Below, one piece after another: positions 1 to 13,700 of a stretch of 64,000 bases of DNA (position 1 is its first letter; each line of letters starts with the position of its first letter). The notes below the pieces were generated by a model. That model ran no database searches and had not been told where the DNA came from. It worked only from the letters and a program-made list of their open reading frames with translations. The DNA is taken from assembly GCA_028023455.1 (NCBI GenBank), contig JAQFVV010000005.1, positions 15,438,001 through 15,502,000 on the forward strand, in the 5' to 3' direction. Source of the stretch: Epiperipatus broadwayi. Its lineage: Eukaryota; Animalia; Onychophora. The position numbers were made by a program, and so were the translations under genes.

Positions 1-613
1 TTGATATCTAATAAATATAGTGAAATATGAAAGATATTAAGAAGAAATATGAATCGCATAACTTCAAAATCGCATTAAAATAATCCGCATAAAACGAGAC
101 CCAGGTGTAATTGCATATTTATTATTATTCGAGATCACTTCAATCAATTTCGTTTACTTATTAAAAGATCACTATTTATTTTTAAAATATTTTCCATAAA
201 TAGTAAACCATATTTGTTATTCCATAATAAATTAAGATTATGAAAGGACTTAGTTCAAATTTAAGATATTAAAGATTTATTCTATGGTATCCCTACCCAT
301 CACTAATATTTGTCATCTTATGAGATTATTATTTATCTTATTCTAAATTAAGAGATGTTTGTTTTATTTTAAATTAATATTATTTTTATTATAATTGTGA
401 TAAGACATTAACTTAGGGGTAAGTCAGTGTCTTATTTACTAGGATTTCATTCTATGCTGAATACATCCTAAGATTTAGAGAGAATTTATTTTATGATTAA
501 AATCAATCATATTACCCTGATATACCCTAATTTATTTCATGAACAATATTAATTAAAATTATTTTGATAAAGAAGCTATTTTCAAAGATGATAATCTTTG
601 GTAGCAAAGATTT

Positions 614-792
614 AAGAGAACATTTACATAATTTAAAATTAAACAATGTTTCATCTGATCATAGCAATAATATATTTAAAAAATGCTTATAATCTTGATA
701 AGAAGAGAACATTTACATATTTTAAAATTAAACAATGTTTCATCTGATCATAGCAATAATATATTTAAAAGATGCTTATAATCTTGATAAGA
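614..792. repeat. Tandem duplication, 2 x 89 bp
   Basis: AAGAGAACATTTACATA...AATCTTGATAAG starts at 614 and again at 703, with about 2 substitutions. Confidence 0.9.
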
Positions 793-989
793 AAAATGGT
801 AGTGGTAGTAGATATTGAAAGAGAATTTTTAAATGCAACTTCAATGGCATATGCTTGCAATATTAGGAGTCCTCCATTTGTACTAATGAGTTCAGTTCTC
901 ATAAGTTATGGATAATATTGATTTGTATTTTAATATTTATTATAATTTCTTATCCTGTATCTCTTATTATTGTAGCATAAGCCTGCACA

Positions 990-1095
990 ATGTTAAAAGT
1001 GGATAGAAAACATTCCCTATCTTGCATGAGAATGGTGTAATGAAAATTATAATAAAGAAATATTCATTATTGGATCTCATCTAATGAGACTAATA
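990..1095 (+). repeat. Dispersed repeat fragment, also present at about 6350-6465
   Basis: ACAA(T)GTTAAAAGTGGATAGAAA..TTCCCTAT.TTGCATGAG..GGTGTA...ATTCATTATTGGAT..CTAATGA is shared by the two sites. Confidence 0.75.
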
Positions 1096-1379
1096 AAAAT
1101 TATTAATTATAGCTATCTATATTTTACAAAATGCATATTTTTCATTTTTTCATCCAAAAATAAATGCTACAATGATATTTTAATGTTATTTCAAACCAAA
1201 TTATTTCTCAATTCTTATCCAAAATGTAAATGAGAAAAATTCATCATTACTTTAAAAATATTAAAAGTAAATAATTCATCACAACCATAAAAATAGTAAA
1301 AGTCAATCAAATATTACTAATTTCAATAGCATGTAAATAATTTACTACTGCCTTGGATATGTAATGCTTAAAATTATAC

Positions 1380-1948
1380 TCATATCACAGAAGTCTTGTT
1401 CCAAATACATTACTAAGTATTATTTTTGCGGGCAGTCTCATAATGAGACATTTTAATAAACTTCCAAATAATTGTCTGATAAAAGAAGAATTCATTTTAT
1501 CTAACCTTCCAACTGTATATATTTTAAATAAATGAAGTTATATTCGAAAAGGTTGAAACTTATTATTAGCATCCATCTTAGTTCACAAGTAAGTCTTATT
1601 AACATTTGGGAGAATGTTCTGATATTAGTATAATCTTAAGTGTTACATATTCAAGGCAGTAATTAGTTAGTTACGTGCTATTGAAATTTAGTAATATTTA
1701 ATTTAGAATAATATGTAAAATGTTAAGCTGGCTTGATTAATTTGTGAATTAAGATAGTCACTAATAAGTTTTAGCCTTTTTAGATATATACATACATTTG
1801 GAAGATCAGATAAAAGAGGAATTGAATGGGCATTGATAAATGAAAAGTAAAATTATTTGCAGGTTTATTAAAACGTCTCATTATGAGACTACCCTGAAAA
1901 ATAATTCTTAGTAACATATTTGGAATGAGAATGCTCTGTGATATGACT
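1380..1948. repeat. Old degenerate inverted repeat (arms about 1380-1610 and 1705-1948)
   Basis: TCATATCACAG...TTACTAAG.ATTATTTTT..GGG.AGTCTCATAATGAGAC.TTTTAATAAAC aligns with the reverse complement of 1850-1948. Similarity continues inward (AAAAGG.T.AAACTTATTA, CATCTTA.TTCACAA). Confidence 0.8.
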
Positions 1949-2043
1949 ATGATCAAATATTTGATAATTTTGTGAGAAAGGCATAAATTAAATTTGTCAG
2001 ACACTACTGTCATTAAAATTTTGGTTTTTTTCTTCTTTTTCAG

Positions 2044-2072
2044 AGGTTCTCCTATGTGGTACTATTTAACTG
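2044..2072 (+). CDS. Candidate 29-nt internal coding exon of an unidentified upstream gene (GSPMWYYLT)
   Basis: Strong acceptor TTTTTTCTTCTTTTTCAG and a GTAAAA donor. The exon splices in frame to the candidate exon at 2820. No protein family recognised. Confidence 0.3.
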
Positions 2073-2819
2073 GTAAAACATTCAAATTAAGATAATCAAA
2101 TGCTAAAATTGCATCAAAAATACATAAATATTAATATAGTTTGCAAGAAAAGTGGAAAATATTACAGAAATAAAATACCACATCTAAATTTAGAAACACA
2201 TAAAGAAACACATGATCACCATTTAACCGTGCACTAAAATAGTAGCAACGCTATACAGTAGTGCCATCCAACTTGCACTGGGTGGCACTATGTATGGAGA
2301 AAATTGCTAGTATTAAAAGAAAAAAAACTGAATATTTTAGTCATATTTTGATATTTCAACATATCTAGTTTCACCAAAAGTAAAAATATTAGCAAACTTT
2401 TTTATCTGGTTTATAGCTATCTGTTGGATGAAAATATTTATATATCTTATATAAAAAGCACTTCAAAATGTATGAAGTAGAGCTGAATAATGAGATGTAA
2501 AAATGAGTTATAGGTGCAAAATGCAGATACTTACTTTTTTCTGTCCCAATCTCAAATATTTATATAATTATTTTTATGGAATATTCATTAATTCATAATT
2601 TACATTTATTTCTGGAACAATTTAATAATGAAATTTAATTAATGATCCCTCTCCCCTTCAAAAAAATTGAATATCTAATTTCCCTTTTCTATTCAACTAA
2701 CTCGATATCCATTTTTATTAGCTTTGTTTATAACAAAAATATTGGTAAATCTTGTTCACAATTATTTAATTTGATGAATTTTATAACTGATAAAATGTCA
2801 CTTTTTTTTTTTTTGCTAG

Positions 2820-2896
2820 TAATTCACAAAAAAAAAAGTGACTTTTTTTGCTGTAGTCATTGTAAGAATAGCCCATGTGATTTGGGAACGTTTTAA
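2820..2896 (+). CDS. Candidate terminal coding exon (VIHKKKSDFFCCSHCKNSPCDLGTF*)
   Basis: Poly-T tract plus GCTAG acceptor, CTGAT branch-like motif at 2787, stop at 2894-2896 and AATAAA at 2983-2988. The frame assignment is an inference. Confidence 0.25.
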
Positions 2897-3544
2897 TCAT
2901 TATATTCTAACAACTTCAAAAAAATTTTATAATTTATTTTTATTGGTAATAATAATGTTTGTCTTAAAACACTGTTATTTACAATAAATTCAGTTTTTAT
3001 CTTTCTATTATTCTGATTTGGTTATTATATAAAATAATCATATAGTTAAAGATTTCCAGAAGTCAAGTGATGGTTCTTTGATTATAATTTTTACTCAACA
3101 TTTTTTAAAGTCTTCAAATTGATATTACTAAAACCAAATAGTTTTATTTGTGATTGTATGCATGCGTAATATGAATATGTCTGATATGCAAAATTTTTGA
3201 CCCTTTAAAAAAATATGGCAGAAATATTCTATTTTCATTAATATTTGCATATTTTGTCATTATAAGTATTGATTACTTAAAAGAAACCCATATGTAAAAT
3301 TCCTATAAGCGCCTCGCAAATAAATTCAAACAAATTTATAACATTTTATACAATGGTTTTTTTATAAGTATATATATAATTATTCTCATCATTAGAATTC
3401 AATAATTATCTTTGTCTCAAAATTAACTTTAAATAAATTTGCTCATTATATAGTTTTAACATGTTTACAAATTTCTTTTAAATGAATGTCTATGTAAACA
3501 TTTTTAAAAAAGCAGCTACAGATCAGTTAATTCTGAAAGTCTTT

Positions 3545-4760
3545 TGATATGAAGATTCCATGCTAATCAATCTTCAGACAACCGTTTCAGTCCAATTCAA
3601 TTTGAACGTGTCTATGTCTTTCTCGTAATATTTATTATTAAATTTTCTTTCTGGCACATCTTTTATTACAGAGACTTGGAACATATCCCAACCAGTCCTT
3701 ATCTTAGCAAATAGATTAATTAATGATCATGATACCCCAGATTCTTTGGAATTTCAGTTTTCAACTTTCCATCCAGTTAATTCAATGCTTTCAGCCTTTT
3801 CCATCCTCATATTTTTCTTAAATACCTCCAATTTTTTGAAGTTGACAGAAAAAATGATCCCTATTTCAACTTTATACAATATCATGATTTCATTAGTCAT
3901 TTCATTGATGCCAAATTAAGGGTATTGATATTAGCAATTGTTGCTTTTAACAAAAAGCATATTTCGCATTTCAATCTTACTTCTCTTATTCACAATGCAT
4001 ATTATCAGTGATCAAGTCACCAAAGTATGCAAAGTTATTCATCCTTTCCATCAACTCATTTTAAACTTAATAGGCAATATCACAAGTTCATGATTGTTTT
4101 ACTTTTCTCCACATTTATACATAATAAAAAAAAATTTGTTTTCTGTCACCAATATTTTAGATTATTAGCAATATCATCTGATTAACTGCATATTTGATTA
4201 GATGTGATAACCCATATTTTACACCCAGCATTATTTTTATGATTTCCATAATAGAGAGCCCTGTCTCATTCTTTTTTTGAAATCATCTTTTAAAATTTTA
4301 CATTTTTCTTCATATAAAAAAAAAATGTTCCAGATGGCATGCATTGAACAACCCATTTGTTCTAGAATTGGAAACAGCCTATAACAGATACATAATAAAA
4401 GCCCACAAAAATAACATGCAGGGATATTTATTCAAGTTTATGGCATCTTTAGTGTATATTCTCTTTCTGAAACTCAATTAATTCATCTAGAATTGCTCCA
4501 CAAAATGAAGTAATCATGTTTTCTTAATTACCTGAACCAAAATCTCAGAAGCCCCGAAAACCAGACTCATCATTCTATAATTATTGCAATGTCTGGTTTT
4601 TTTGTTTGTTGTTTTTTAATCACCACAATTATAAAAGGCCCACTATTCTTCAGGACATTCTCTAATATTATCATTGGAATTATATATTTGATCTTGGTTC
4701 AAAGGCCTATTACTGAGTAGAATTATCAAGTGACAAATTCCTACCTCATAATAGAATAAA
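3545..4760 (-). mobile_element. Decayed non-LTR retrotransposon (LINE) RT remnant
   Basis: The minus strand gives CNNYRMMSL (the NYRxISL motif, about 4565-4590), a SGFRG-like motif and an LFPILEQMG-like segment, with many stops and frameshifts. Confidence 0.6.
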
Positions 4761-7700
4761 ATCGACTGCCATTTCTAAATTCAGTATATTCCAACCATAA
4801 ACAACTTTTTCATAGTTTTTCAATGCAAATTTTCGATCTTAATACATGTTGATTACAGATAAAAATAATCATTCGCAGTTTTTTAAAACAATCTGTTTTT
4901 TCAATGCAAATTTTCCATTTTAATCTGTGTTGATTATGGATGAACTCATCATTCACTTTTTTTTTTAAGTCTCAATGTTTCATTTTAACTGTTACAATCA
5001 GAAACAATACCAGCTTCTGGAAAAGCAATTGATTTGAAAGTTTCAATATTTTTTTCAAAAAAGAACGCAATCAATTTGATGATGAGCTAGGTCATCAGAA
5101 CTCCATGTGAATGTTGACCAAATTCCCTTGCTTGCTAAACTCAGTAGACCTTTGTCTATGAATGTTATTTCCAAAGTCCTAAATTCTATAAGAACTATCT
5201 CTTGATTAATTCCTACATAGTTAATATCAATTAAAATCTATGATAATTATCAAAAACAAAGTAAAATGTAGATAATTACTTACATTTGTGAGAAATGAAA
5301 TTATAGAATAATTGAATAAACATTGGCTAAAGAGGATTAGAAATGCTGGGAAATTATGTTTTAAATTAAGAAATTCCAAATATATATATAACTTTTCAAA
5401 CAATTTACATTTAAATTTATATCTAGGTATCACCAAACATATAACTGAGATATACTGGATTTCCTTGAGCTGGCCCAGTTTCTAAAATAAAATTTACTTT
5501 ATTTCATATAAGTATCTAAATCAGGAAATGAGAAGGAAAAAATATAATTTTGTTTTATAACAACATATAATAAAAATATTACCTTCCATTCTTTTTTTAT
5601 TTATTAAGGGTGCATTCACACAAATAATAATTTGCTATGATTCATCAAAAATTCCTTAAGAATAATGCATTGTTGAACTATTTTCAAAAAGATTAAGAAT
5701 TATTTTAAAAAAAGGAAAGTTCCACTCAATAAAGTGAACTTTATTCTATTAGTTTTTGAATGATCATATTACTGTATAGTTTAGAAGAGTTAAAGAAATC
5801 AACTGTCTAAAGCAGATTTAGATGTATCTAAAGATTTCCATATTACTTTGTTCATCTGATACAAGGAGCTTTTATCTTCCTTGAGATCTTCATTAATTTA
5901 TTTATTTATTTATTTTAGCTTTCATAATTTCCAGTAACATATTTCTCAAGTAAAAAATTTAATTAGTACAATTTTGTTTTTAGATGGATGAATAAGATAT
6001 AAAAAAAAATATTTATAATGAACACTTATTTACTGTTACTAGTCCTAAAAAGTCTACAAATAATTGTTTCTTCAATGGCAATTAGGGTTTTTACATTTAA
6101 CTTGATATAAAAATATGGGTAAGCCCAGAATTAATTAAATCAAACTAATGTAAAAAAAAAAAGGGAAATGTCACACTTTTACTTCAAGTTGAAGAAACAA
6201 TTATTTTCTGGTTTTTTAGTCCATGGTAACAGTAAATAAAAGCAATCATTATAAAAAAAATTTTATTTTAAAGTTTTTAGCATTAGGATCATTTTTGCAA
6301 TTATTCCAAACATCAATTTCTGTAGTATAATTTTTACTACACCACTCTCACAAGTTAAAAGTGGATAGAAACTATTCCCTATTTTGCATGAGTGGTGTAG
6401 CAAAAATTAAGTTCCAGATATATTATTCATTATTGGATAATCTCTAGTCTAATGAATGACTAATAGGTGATCTACCTATGATCTTACACTTTAAATAAAT
6501 CATCTTGTATTGATCTTGCCTAAAATAGGCTTGAACCTATTGAGTATTATCCAAGATCAAATTTAAGCATGGTCATTGGAAGTTGGCTTATTTACAGAAT
6601 AAGCTCTAAGTATAGATAGACTACCTATGCTTTTAAAACGTTTATTAATGGAGTGTGTGTCAATTCTGTGGTGCATATATGAAGACTTGTTTCCTTCCAT
6701 ATATATAATAGAATCACTATATTATTAATTATTATCTTAGTTATAATTGTAAACTAGAGATCAGGCTAATGCACATGCGCTTTAGCCTGATCTCTACAAT
6801 TACGATTTATTAACATAGTGCTATATAAATAAATACCTTAATATCTTAGTTGTATTTAAGATTAAAATATTCTTTACTAGTTTTTCTTGAAAAGATTAAT
6901 AAATGTTAAAGAAACTATTTGTTTATAATAACTACTTGTAATGTTCTCATTAATTTATGTTGCTACCAATCAACATTCTATTTTAGATTTTCAATTCTAA
7001 AATAAAACATCAAGTGCTAAACATTTCTCTCCTACCACAGCCCATCAAATACACCTTTGCTCTTCTTTGCGAAGGCAATTGGTATCCCAAACCCTTCGTT
7101 AATTTGCTGATTCCTCCAGCTAAAAATTACATTATAAGATTGTTCTTTCCATTGATCCATTCATCAATCATAATTACTCAGCTTTCTGAATCATCAATTG
7201 TTCATTCTAAGGTCCATCATTATGTTCTAAATCCTTTGATCTTTTTTTTTTTTAAAAAAGTGCACCAGATATTGATGGCTGAAGATGTATGAAAAAAAGT
7301 TTAGAATGAATGGTTGATGTACTTCTTTGGTTTTCTTTTCATATGATATATCGTAATTTCATGATTTTGAAGTTTTGATGCACCTAAATGGTTTGAACAT
7401 TTTATTCTATTTTGTCTGTTTTTAAAAATAGAGGTAACGGTAAACATGGGTAAAGTCATAAAACAGATGTCACGATTTTCTTCTATTTCTACTTGAAATA
7501 AGATATCAAGTTTGGTTTCCAAGCTGAAAGATTTTTTTCATTTTTTCATGGTCATATTAGTTGCCATAATTTTGCTTGAACATCTATGTAGCTTTGCACT
7601 TTTAAACACAATTGCTAGAAATAAAAGCATCTTTTAATTGTCCAAAAGTGCAGCAAATTGGGCAAAAAAAGTGAAAATAAACTATCAACAATTTTTTGTG

Positions 7701-9889
7701 TTCTTTTGCACAAATGTTTCTCATTGCACTGAAAAAAAATCCATACTGAAGTTTTTCTTTCCTTTAATTTGGACTATTATATTATATTGCTCATATGAAA
7801 TTATTTAAATCTAAAAAAAAATTAATTAATAACTTATTTCAATACTGGTTAGCAAAAGCAGCATGTAGTACATTATCAAAACTTATGGCAATTAATGTCA
7901 AAAAAAAAGGACTCCGACATATTAAAAAAAAGGATCTAATGCATTGTGTTTGAATATTGTAATCAATATTTAAGGCTTTTTTTTTTTCAATATGAACTAT
8001 GCAAATTTAAACAAACAAACCTAAATAGCTGTCACATTTTTTTTTTGCCAGAGATGTCGCCATTTATTAAGTGTGGTAGCTTATTTTCTTGAAAATGACT
8101 TAAATTGTTTTACATTAGTACAAGTGAAGTTAAAGATACAAACTATTTAAATAAATATTAAAGATATGAATCTTTTCCAGTTTATTTGTATTGCATTTTT
8201 ATCATACAAAATGTATTATTTAACGTACAATGTATGCAATTTTGCTCACATTTTTTTTAACTGAAAATATATTAGCAGTACAAATGTAATAACATTCATA
8301 ATTCTCTAATAAATAGATATTTTAAAATCGAGCAAATATATTAAGGACTACTTTTAATTTAGATTTAATAATTTTTGATCATACAAAGTCCATTATTATG
8401 AAAATCATTTTTTTTTCTTAAAAATAACAATTACAATGACTAAATTACAAGAGGGTGATAGTAATTTTTACTGCAAAATAGATAGTAAAAATTTTATTCC
8501 AAAAAAGTAAATATAGTTTAGTTTTTAAACTAATGAACACATTTTCAAATTTATTCCTGTATTAATGATTTATTGTTGACCATGATTACAATATAATTTT
8601 GATTATTTATTATACTGCAACATTCTACTTTGCCTATGTCATTTATAAAGTACTGATTGGCTTGCAAGTATACTAGATGAAAATTAAACATTGTACTGTA
8701 CATTCATTAATCGTCTTTTAAGTTTATAATTTAAATGTTGTATACAACACTAATATTGTGCACCGTATTGTATATTACAAATAATGTGTATATTGTACTA
8801 TTTCAGTATGAAAATCGTTATTTGCTTTTAGATGACGGCATTAATAACTATCTTATGCCACTATCAGACCCACAAAATGGTCACTGGGGAAAAAATTTTG
8901 AAATTTTTTTTATGATCGCTACAATGAATAATTGATTGTGAATCAAAACAGTAGGTAGAAATTGATGATTGCTATTGTGAATCTTTGCATAACAGCCATG
9001 CGCTGAGTGGGGTATAGGTGTATATCAAGAGGTGATCCCAATAATTTTGGCAATGGAGTAAATATTTAATGAACAATGTATATGAAAGCAATATTTTCAG
9101 ATTTAAAAAACACTATCAACATTAAGAAATTTCAAACATTTATTAATTAGTACAAAATACAGCCTTAAAAAAAAATAAAAAAGATTGTACTGTAAGAAGA
9201 AATTACATCTCATATTAAATTAGCGTTACAGAAACTTATACTGCATTACAGTTTAGTCTACAAGATAAGAATTTCCTGTTTTTTTTAAAAAGGAATAAAA
9301 AAATTCTTTTTATCATAGTTCATTTTATAAACACATGAAATTAGTCAATATAATGCACACTGATCTGCAGTTTTTTGATATACAACCTCAAATAATGTTC
9401 AAGCAATACTACAATTATCAACAAAAATAACTAGACCATGCTTCTGAAGGGAAAGTTGAATAGTCCATCAACAAACTCAGCATTGCTGCCTAATTTTGAA
9501 ATTTTTGACCTGAAGAAACTTTGCAATTATAGAAGATGGTACTTTCGTATTAGACCTGCAATGTAGAAAAGCTGGTATGCCTTTTCACATTTGTGATAAA
9601 TGTTTAACTTTGCAATCCCGTCAAATAAACTCTCCGATCTCATCCAATGTGATAAATTTACACTCATTTATTGTCCAGATTTCATTCGGACAAGTTCTTT
9701 TCAAAGTGTTTTTTACTTCAGTGCTGATTTTTTTCCTAATTAATAATACAATTTTTTTCTGTTTTTTAAAAAAACTGTACAAAATGATGAACATTTTACC
9801 CACTATTGAGGTCAATGCAATTGAGTACTTCCACACTTCGTACAAGCAAAGGCATTGTAACGTTCAATGATGTAATAATAAAATAGGCC

Positions 9890-10300
9890 TTCATAAGGGA
9901 ACATGGTTGGAGATTGCAGAATTCTATTTTTGATGGCAATCAGATTTATTTACAACTGGATTTGCAAATTAACATATAGAATGGGAAAAAAACAAAGCTT
10001 GGTTTAGTAGAGAACAATTGGAGGCCCTAACAAAATCATTGAAATTGACAAGAGCCTTTACACAAAAAATAAAAAAAAAAACTGGATGAATTCTTCCGAA
10101 ACAATGGATATTTGATGGCTTGTGCAGAGAGATTGATAATTGTTTCATCATGAGAATTCATGGTAGAACACTGGCAACTGATGGAGGCCATCAAACAAAA
10201 TGTGGAAGAAAAATCAACAATTTTTTCGGACTGCTGGAAAGCCTATGAAACTGCTGAATTATGAGCTGCCAGTGAGACCATTTTCATGTGAATCATACTG
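9890..10300 (+). mobile_element. Decayed Merlin / IS1595 (ISXO2-like) DDE transposase
   Basis: Frameshifted translation KGTWLE...IYNW...IGGPNKIIEIDKSLY...QWIFDGLCRE...TIFSDCWKAY...VNH matches the Merlin motif order (GTWFE, VEIDES, WVFGG, SDxWxAY, VNH). Confidence 0.8.
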
Positions 10301-11269
10301 GACATAAAAATTAGTCCACCACATTAAAGAAATAATAAGTGTAGTAATTTAAATTTTTTGGGGGTTTTGAAAAAATATATTTATTAAGATCCTCTGCAAG
10401 CGTTATATTGCACAATTATGTGTTAATAAGCATTTACAATTATGTGTTAAGACTCCAGTTTGAGAAAAATGCAAAATTTTACTTTTAATCTCCATTTTGA
10501 AACAAAATTTTTGGCTTAAAATAAAATACATAACAAATTGATTGTTTTATCATGACAATTCCCGTTATATATTACATGGTAAGTTATTAAAACAGGCAAA
10601 ACTCTTTATACACGGTAAGTACAATGTGTTATTTTAAGCATTTTGTATTTTAACGATTGTTTTGTCCATTTTTAAAGTAACGTTTGGGAATTGCATAAAA
10701 CTTTTTCGGATTTATTTTTGTGTGAAAATCATATTTTTAATATTGTTAGAAATTAATATTTTTAATATTGTTAGATTTAGTCTGGTGCAATTACTGCTAC
10801 TCCTTTTTACATACATATTCTAACTGCCGATAATTTTGTAAATCTTGCGAAAATATTATGCACCCGTGGTCCATTTTGACAAATTTATTATCTTAAGTTT
10901 GTACAAGATCTACATGTTATTTGGTCAGATCACAAGGTAAGAAAGTTAACAGCAGATTGATACGAATGTGAAAAGCCATAGCAGATCTAATAAATTGCAG
11001 ATCTAATATGTAAGTACCAAAAGGATTCAAAACTTATATAGAAATGAAATCTATCAATAATCAAAATATTATGCTAACTTGTTAAAATTTACATGATGCA
11101 AAAACATTCTTGAGAGCTTATGCAATTATAGAAAAAGATTCAAAAATTTTAGAGATGAAAAACATTTGAAACATTTTCTGCTTTACTAGCACTATGTACA
11201 CTAATTAATTTAATAGAATATTTAGAATCCCAAGAAAACAATTCTTGCTGCTCACTATCAATTCATATC

Positions 11270-13700
11270 AACTTATCAAACAAAATCATAATCTAATTGC
11301 AGACTATGTCGTAACATTATGAGCTGATTTGGAAGTTGTGAAATGAATTCTTGTGACTGCAAACTCGGGATTGCCAATAATTCCCTCCAAGCACAATTCA
11401 TTCAAGGATCCAAAAGATAATATCAGAGAACAATTGTTAATCTGATCTACAAATGTTGAGTTTTCAAGACATTGTAACCAAATCTTCATCACTCAAAGTA
11501 TCAAGAGTTGACTCCAAGGAGTTAAGATAAAAATTTTCATTGATACACATCAGACTTTAATAAAGTAACTCATCAAGCACATTATGAAAAATTATCATAG
11601 ATTATTAGTTCAAAACAAAGACAGCAAAAGAATTTTTATCTACACTATGGAAAAAAAAAAAACCATTTTGCAAAGTAAGTCATGTAAAGCATGCTTCCAG
11701 ACACGTATGAAAATAACAATTCCATAAACAACTTAGCTTGCACATAACAACACAAATTCTTATTGTGTTCAAGGCATTATCAATATACACCAAATTGTTT
11801 TTCAGGTGAGGATAATGAACTTTAGCTCGGGGATAATTCCATGAAATTTGAAATGGACGCTGAATTGAGATATTCTTATTTGTGAATAATTTTGCTCACC
11901 TTAATTTAAAAATGCAACCAATGCTAACAAATATCCATTTTGGATCCTGTAGTCAACATATCCTTATACCAGATGAAAAAGCAATGTCAAAGTATCTTAT
12001 AAAGAAATATCAATCAGAGATTAAGTTTTTATTATACCTGAATGTAAATAATCGCGGTTGTTATGAATGTCTATCCTGCATGGATGAAATTATGGCTGAT
12101 AACGCAAATACCGATTGCTTATACAGGACACCTATTCAATCAACTGGTCAAACTGATAATGCAATAAATCAAGATGTCCATTAGTTGTAGAAAGAAACAA
12201 ATAAATTTTATTGATAAAAAATCATGAAACAATTCATGAAAAAATCAGCGAAGATCAGCAATTGACAAAATTCATCAGAGCTTCAAGAATGCTGTTTTCC
12301 TAAAATTGACTAATAGTCAATAATTGTTTTTTGAAGCCAATGTATCAAGGTTACATAAAAACACTACTATCAGCTGTTTTTCAAGAATTGCATTGGAATA
12401 TCAAAAATAAACCAATTAGGCTGATGTATGTACTAGACTCACAGCAACAATGTCATCGATCAAGTGTTACACGCATGCAATGGATGTCAACATAAGATGT
12501 AGCCTTCCAAAGGCACCTCTTCATACCCTTTGAAGAAACCAAGAAAACATTATCAATGTATCCATGTTGAAATCTAACCAATCAAAACTGCCAACATCAC
12601 AATGAAATATTAAAATTGTTCAAGATATGTATTATCATGTTTTTCCAGATGTTCTCATATCCAATTTCATATCAATATGCACAAGTGAAGAATTACAGAA
12701 ATATTGCAAGGAAGCCACCAAACTACAAATGGACTAGCTAAGAGAAATAGGCAAATACTCAAGGAACAATGGACTACCATGACATCCATTTTTGAGCTAA
12801 TAGTTAAAATATTCTTATCCAAGAAAGAATAAAAGACTCAAGGAACAATGGAATACCATGACATCCATTTTTGAGCTAATAGTTAAAATATTCTTATCCA
12901 AGAAAGAATAATCAGTCACCATGAATATCAATCAGATAGTTTTTATTATACCTGAAATGCCTAATCTGCACTGATAGGTCAGATATGAATCCATCAGTCA
13001 ATAAAATAAGTAATTATGTTATGTCACAATCAATAGCCATGAAGTGAATGAAATTATGGCTGATAAAATCAACTGGTCAAACTAATAACATAATCAATCA
13101 AAAAGTCCACTAATTGTACAAGGAAACAATCAAATAAGTTTCATTGAACAAAATCATGAAACAATTCATGTAAAAAAACAGCAAAGATCACAAACTGATA
13201 ACATTCATCTGAACTTCAAGAATAATGTGTTCCTGAAATTGATTAGCATTGACAATTGTTTTTAGGATATAATGTATCATGGTTACACAAACACTACAAT
13301 CAATTGTTTTTCAAGACCTATGGAATATCAAAAAATAAGCCAATTAGTTTCATTCTATGTATATTGGTACCAGAGCAACAAGGGCATTGAGTGATTGCTA
13401 CATGCAGTGCATGTGCAAACATAAAAAATAGCCCTCCAAAAACGCCTTTTCAAGAAAAAACTATCAATGTATCCATGTTAAAAATCTAACAAGTTAAAAC
13501 TGCCAACATCATAATCAATTATGAAAATTGTTCAAGATGCATTTTCTCACCGGTGAAGAATTCTAGAAATATTGCAAGGAAAGAGGGACATATTCCTAAA
13601 ACTTACTGGCTACCAAGATACAATTTGACTAGCTAACAGAAATGTGCAAATACTCGAGAAATGATGGACTGATGTGAGTAAAGAATTAGGATTTATGTGC
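11270..13700 (-). mobile_element. Decayed LINE remnant carrying a tandem duplication (about 12005-12770 vs 12925-13670)
   Basis: The direct repeat is clear by eye (e.g. AAAATCATGAAACAATTCATG and GAAATTATGGCTGATAA in both copies). RT-like residues on the minus strand are weak. Confidence 0.5.
12757..12912. repeat. Tandem duplication, 2 x 79 bp
   Basis: ACTCAAGGAACAATGGA.TACCATGACATCC...CCAAGAAAGAATAA starts at 12757 and again at 12836. Confidence 0.9.

Noticed and set aside
1-22. 22-bp identity with 27382-27403
   Set aside because: Probably the end of a dispersed repeat, but the copy is cut by the window edge and no element could be defined.
100-870. Possible PLE GIY-YIG fossil (QRFK-EHLHNLK with one frameshift near 606-640)
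   Set aside because: Only one short motif, which needs a frameshift. The rest cannot be aligned by eye.
1070-1095. CTAATGA-GAC hammerhead-like text here and at about 6445
   Set aside because: The G5 core base is missing and no GAAA or stem I/III can be built.
4532-4575. Minus-strand exon-like segment (MMSLVFGASEILVQ then GTAATT)
   Set aside because: It is the NYRxxSL / SGFRG region of a decayed LINE RT, not a host exon.
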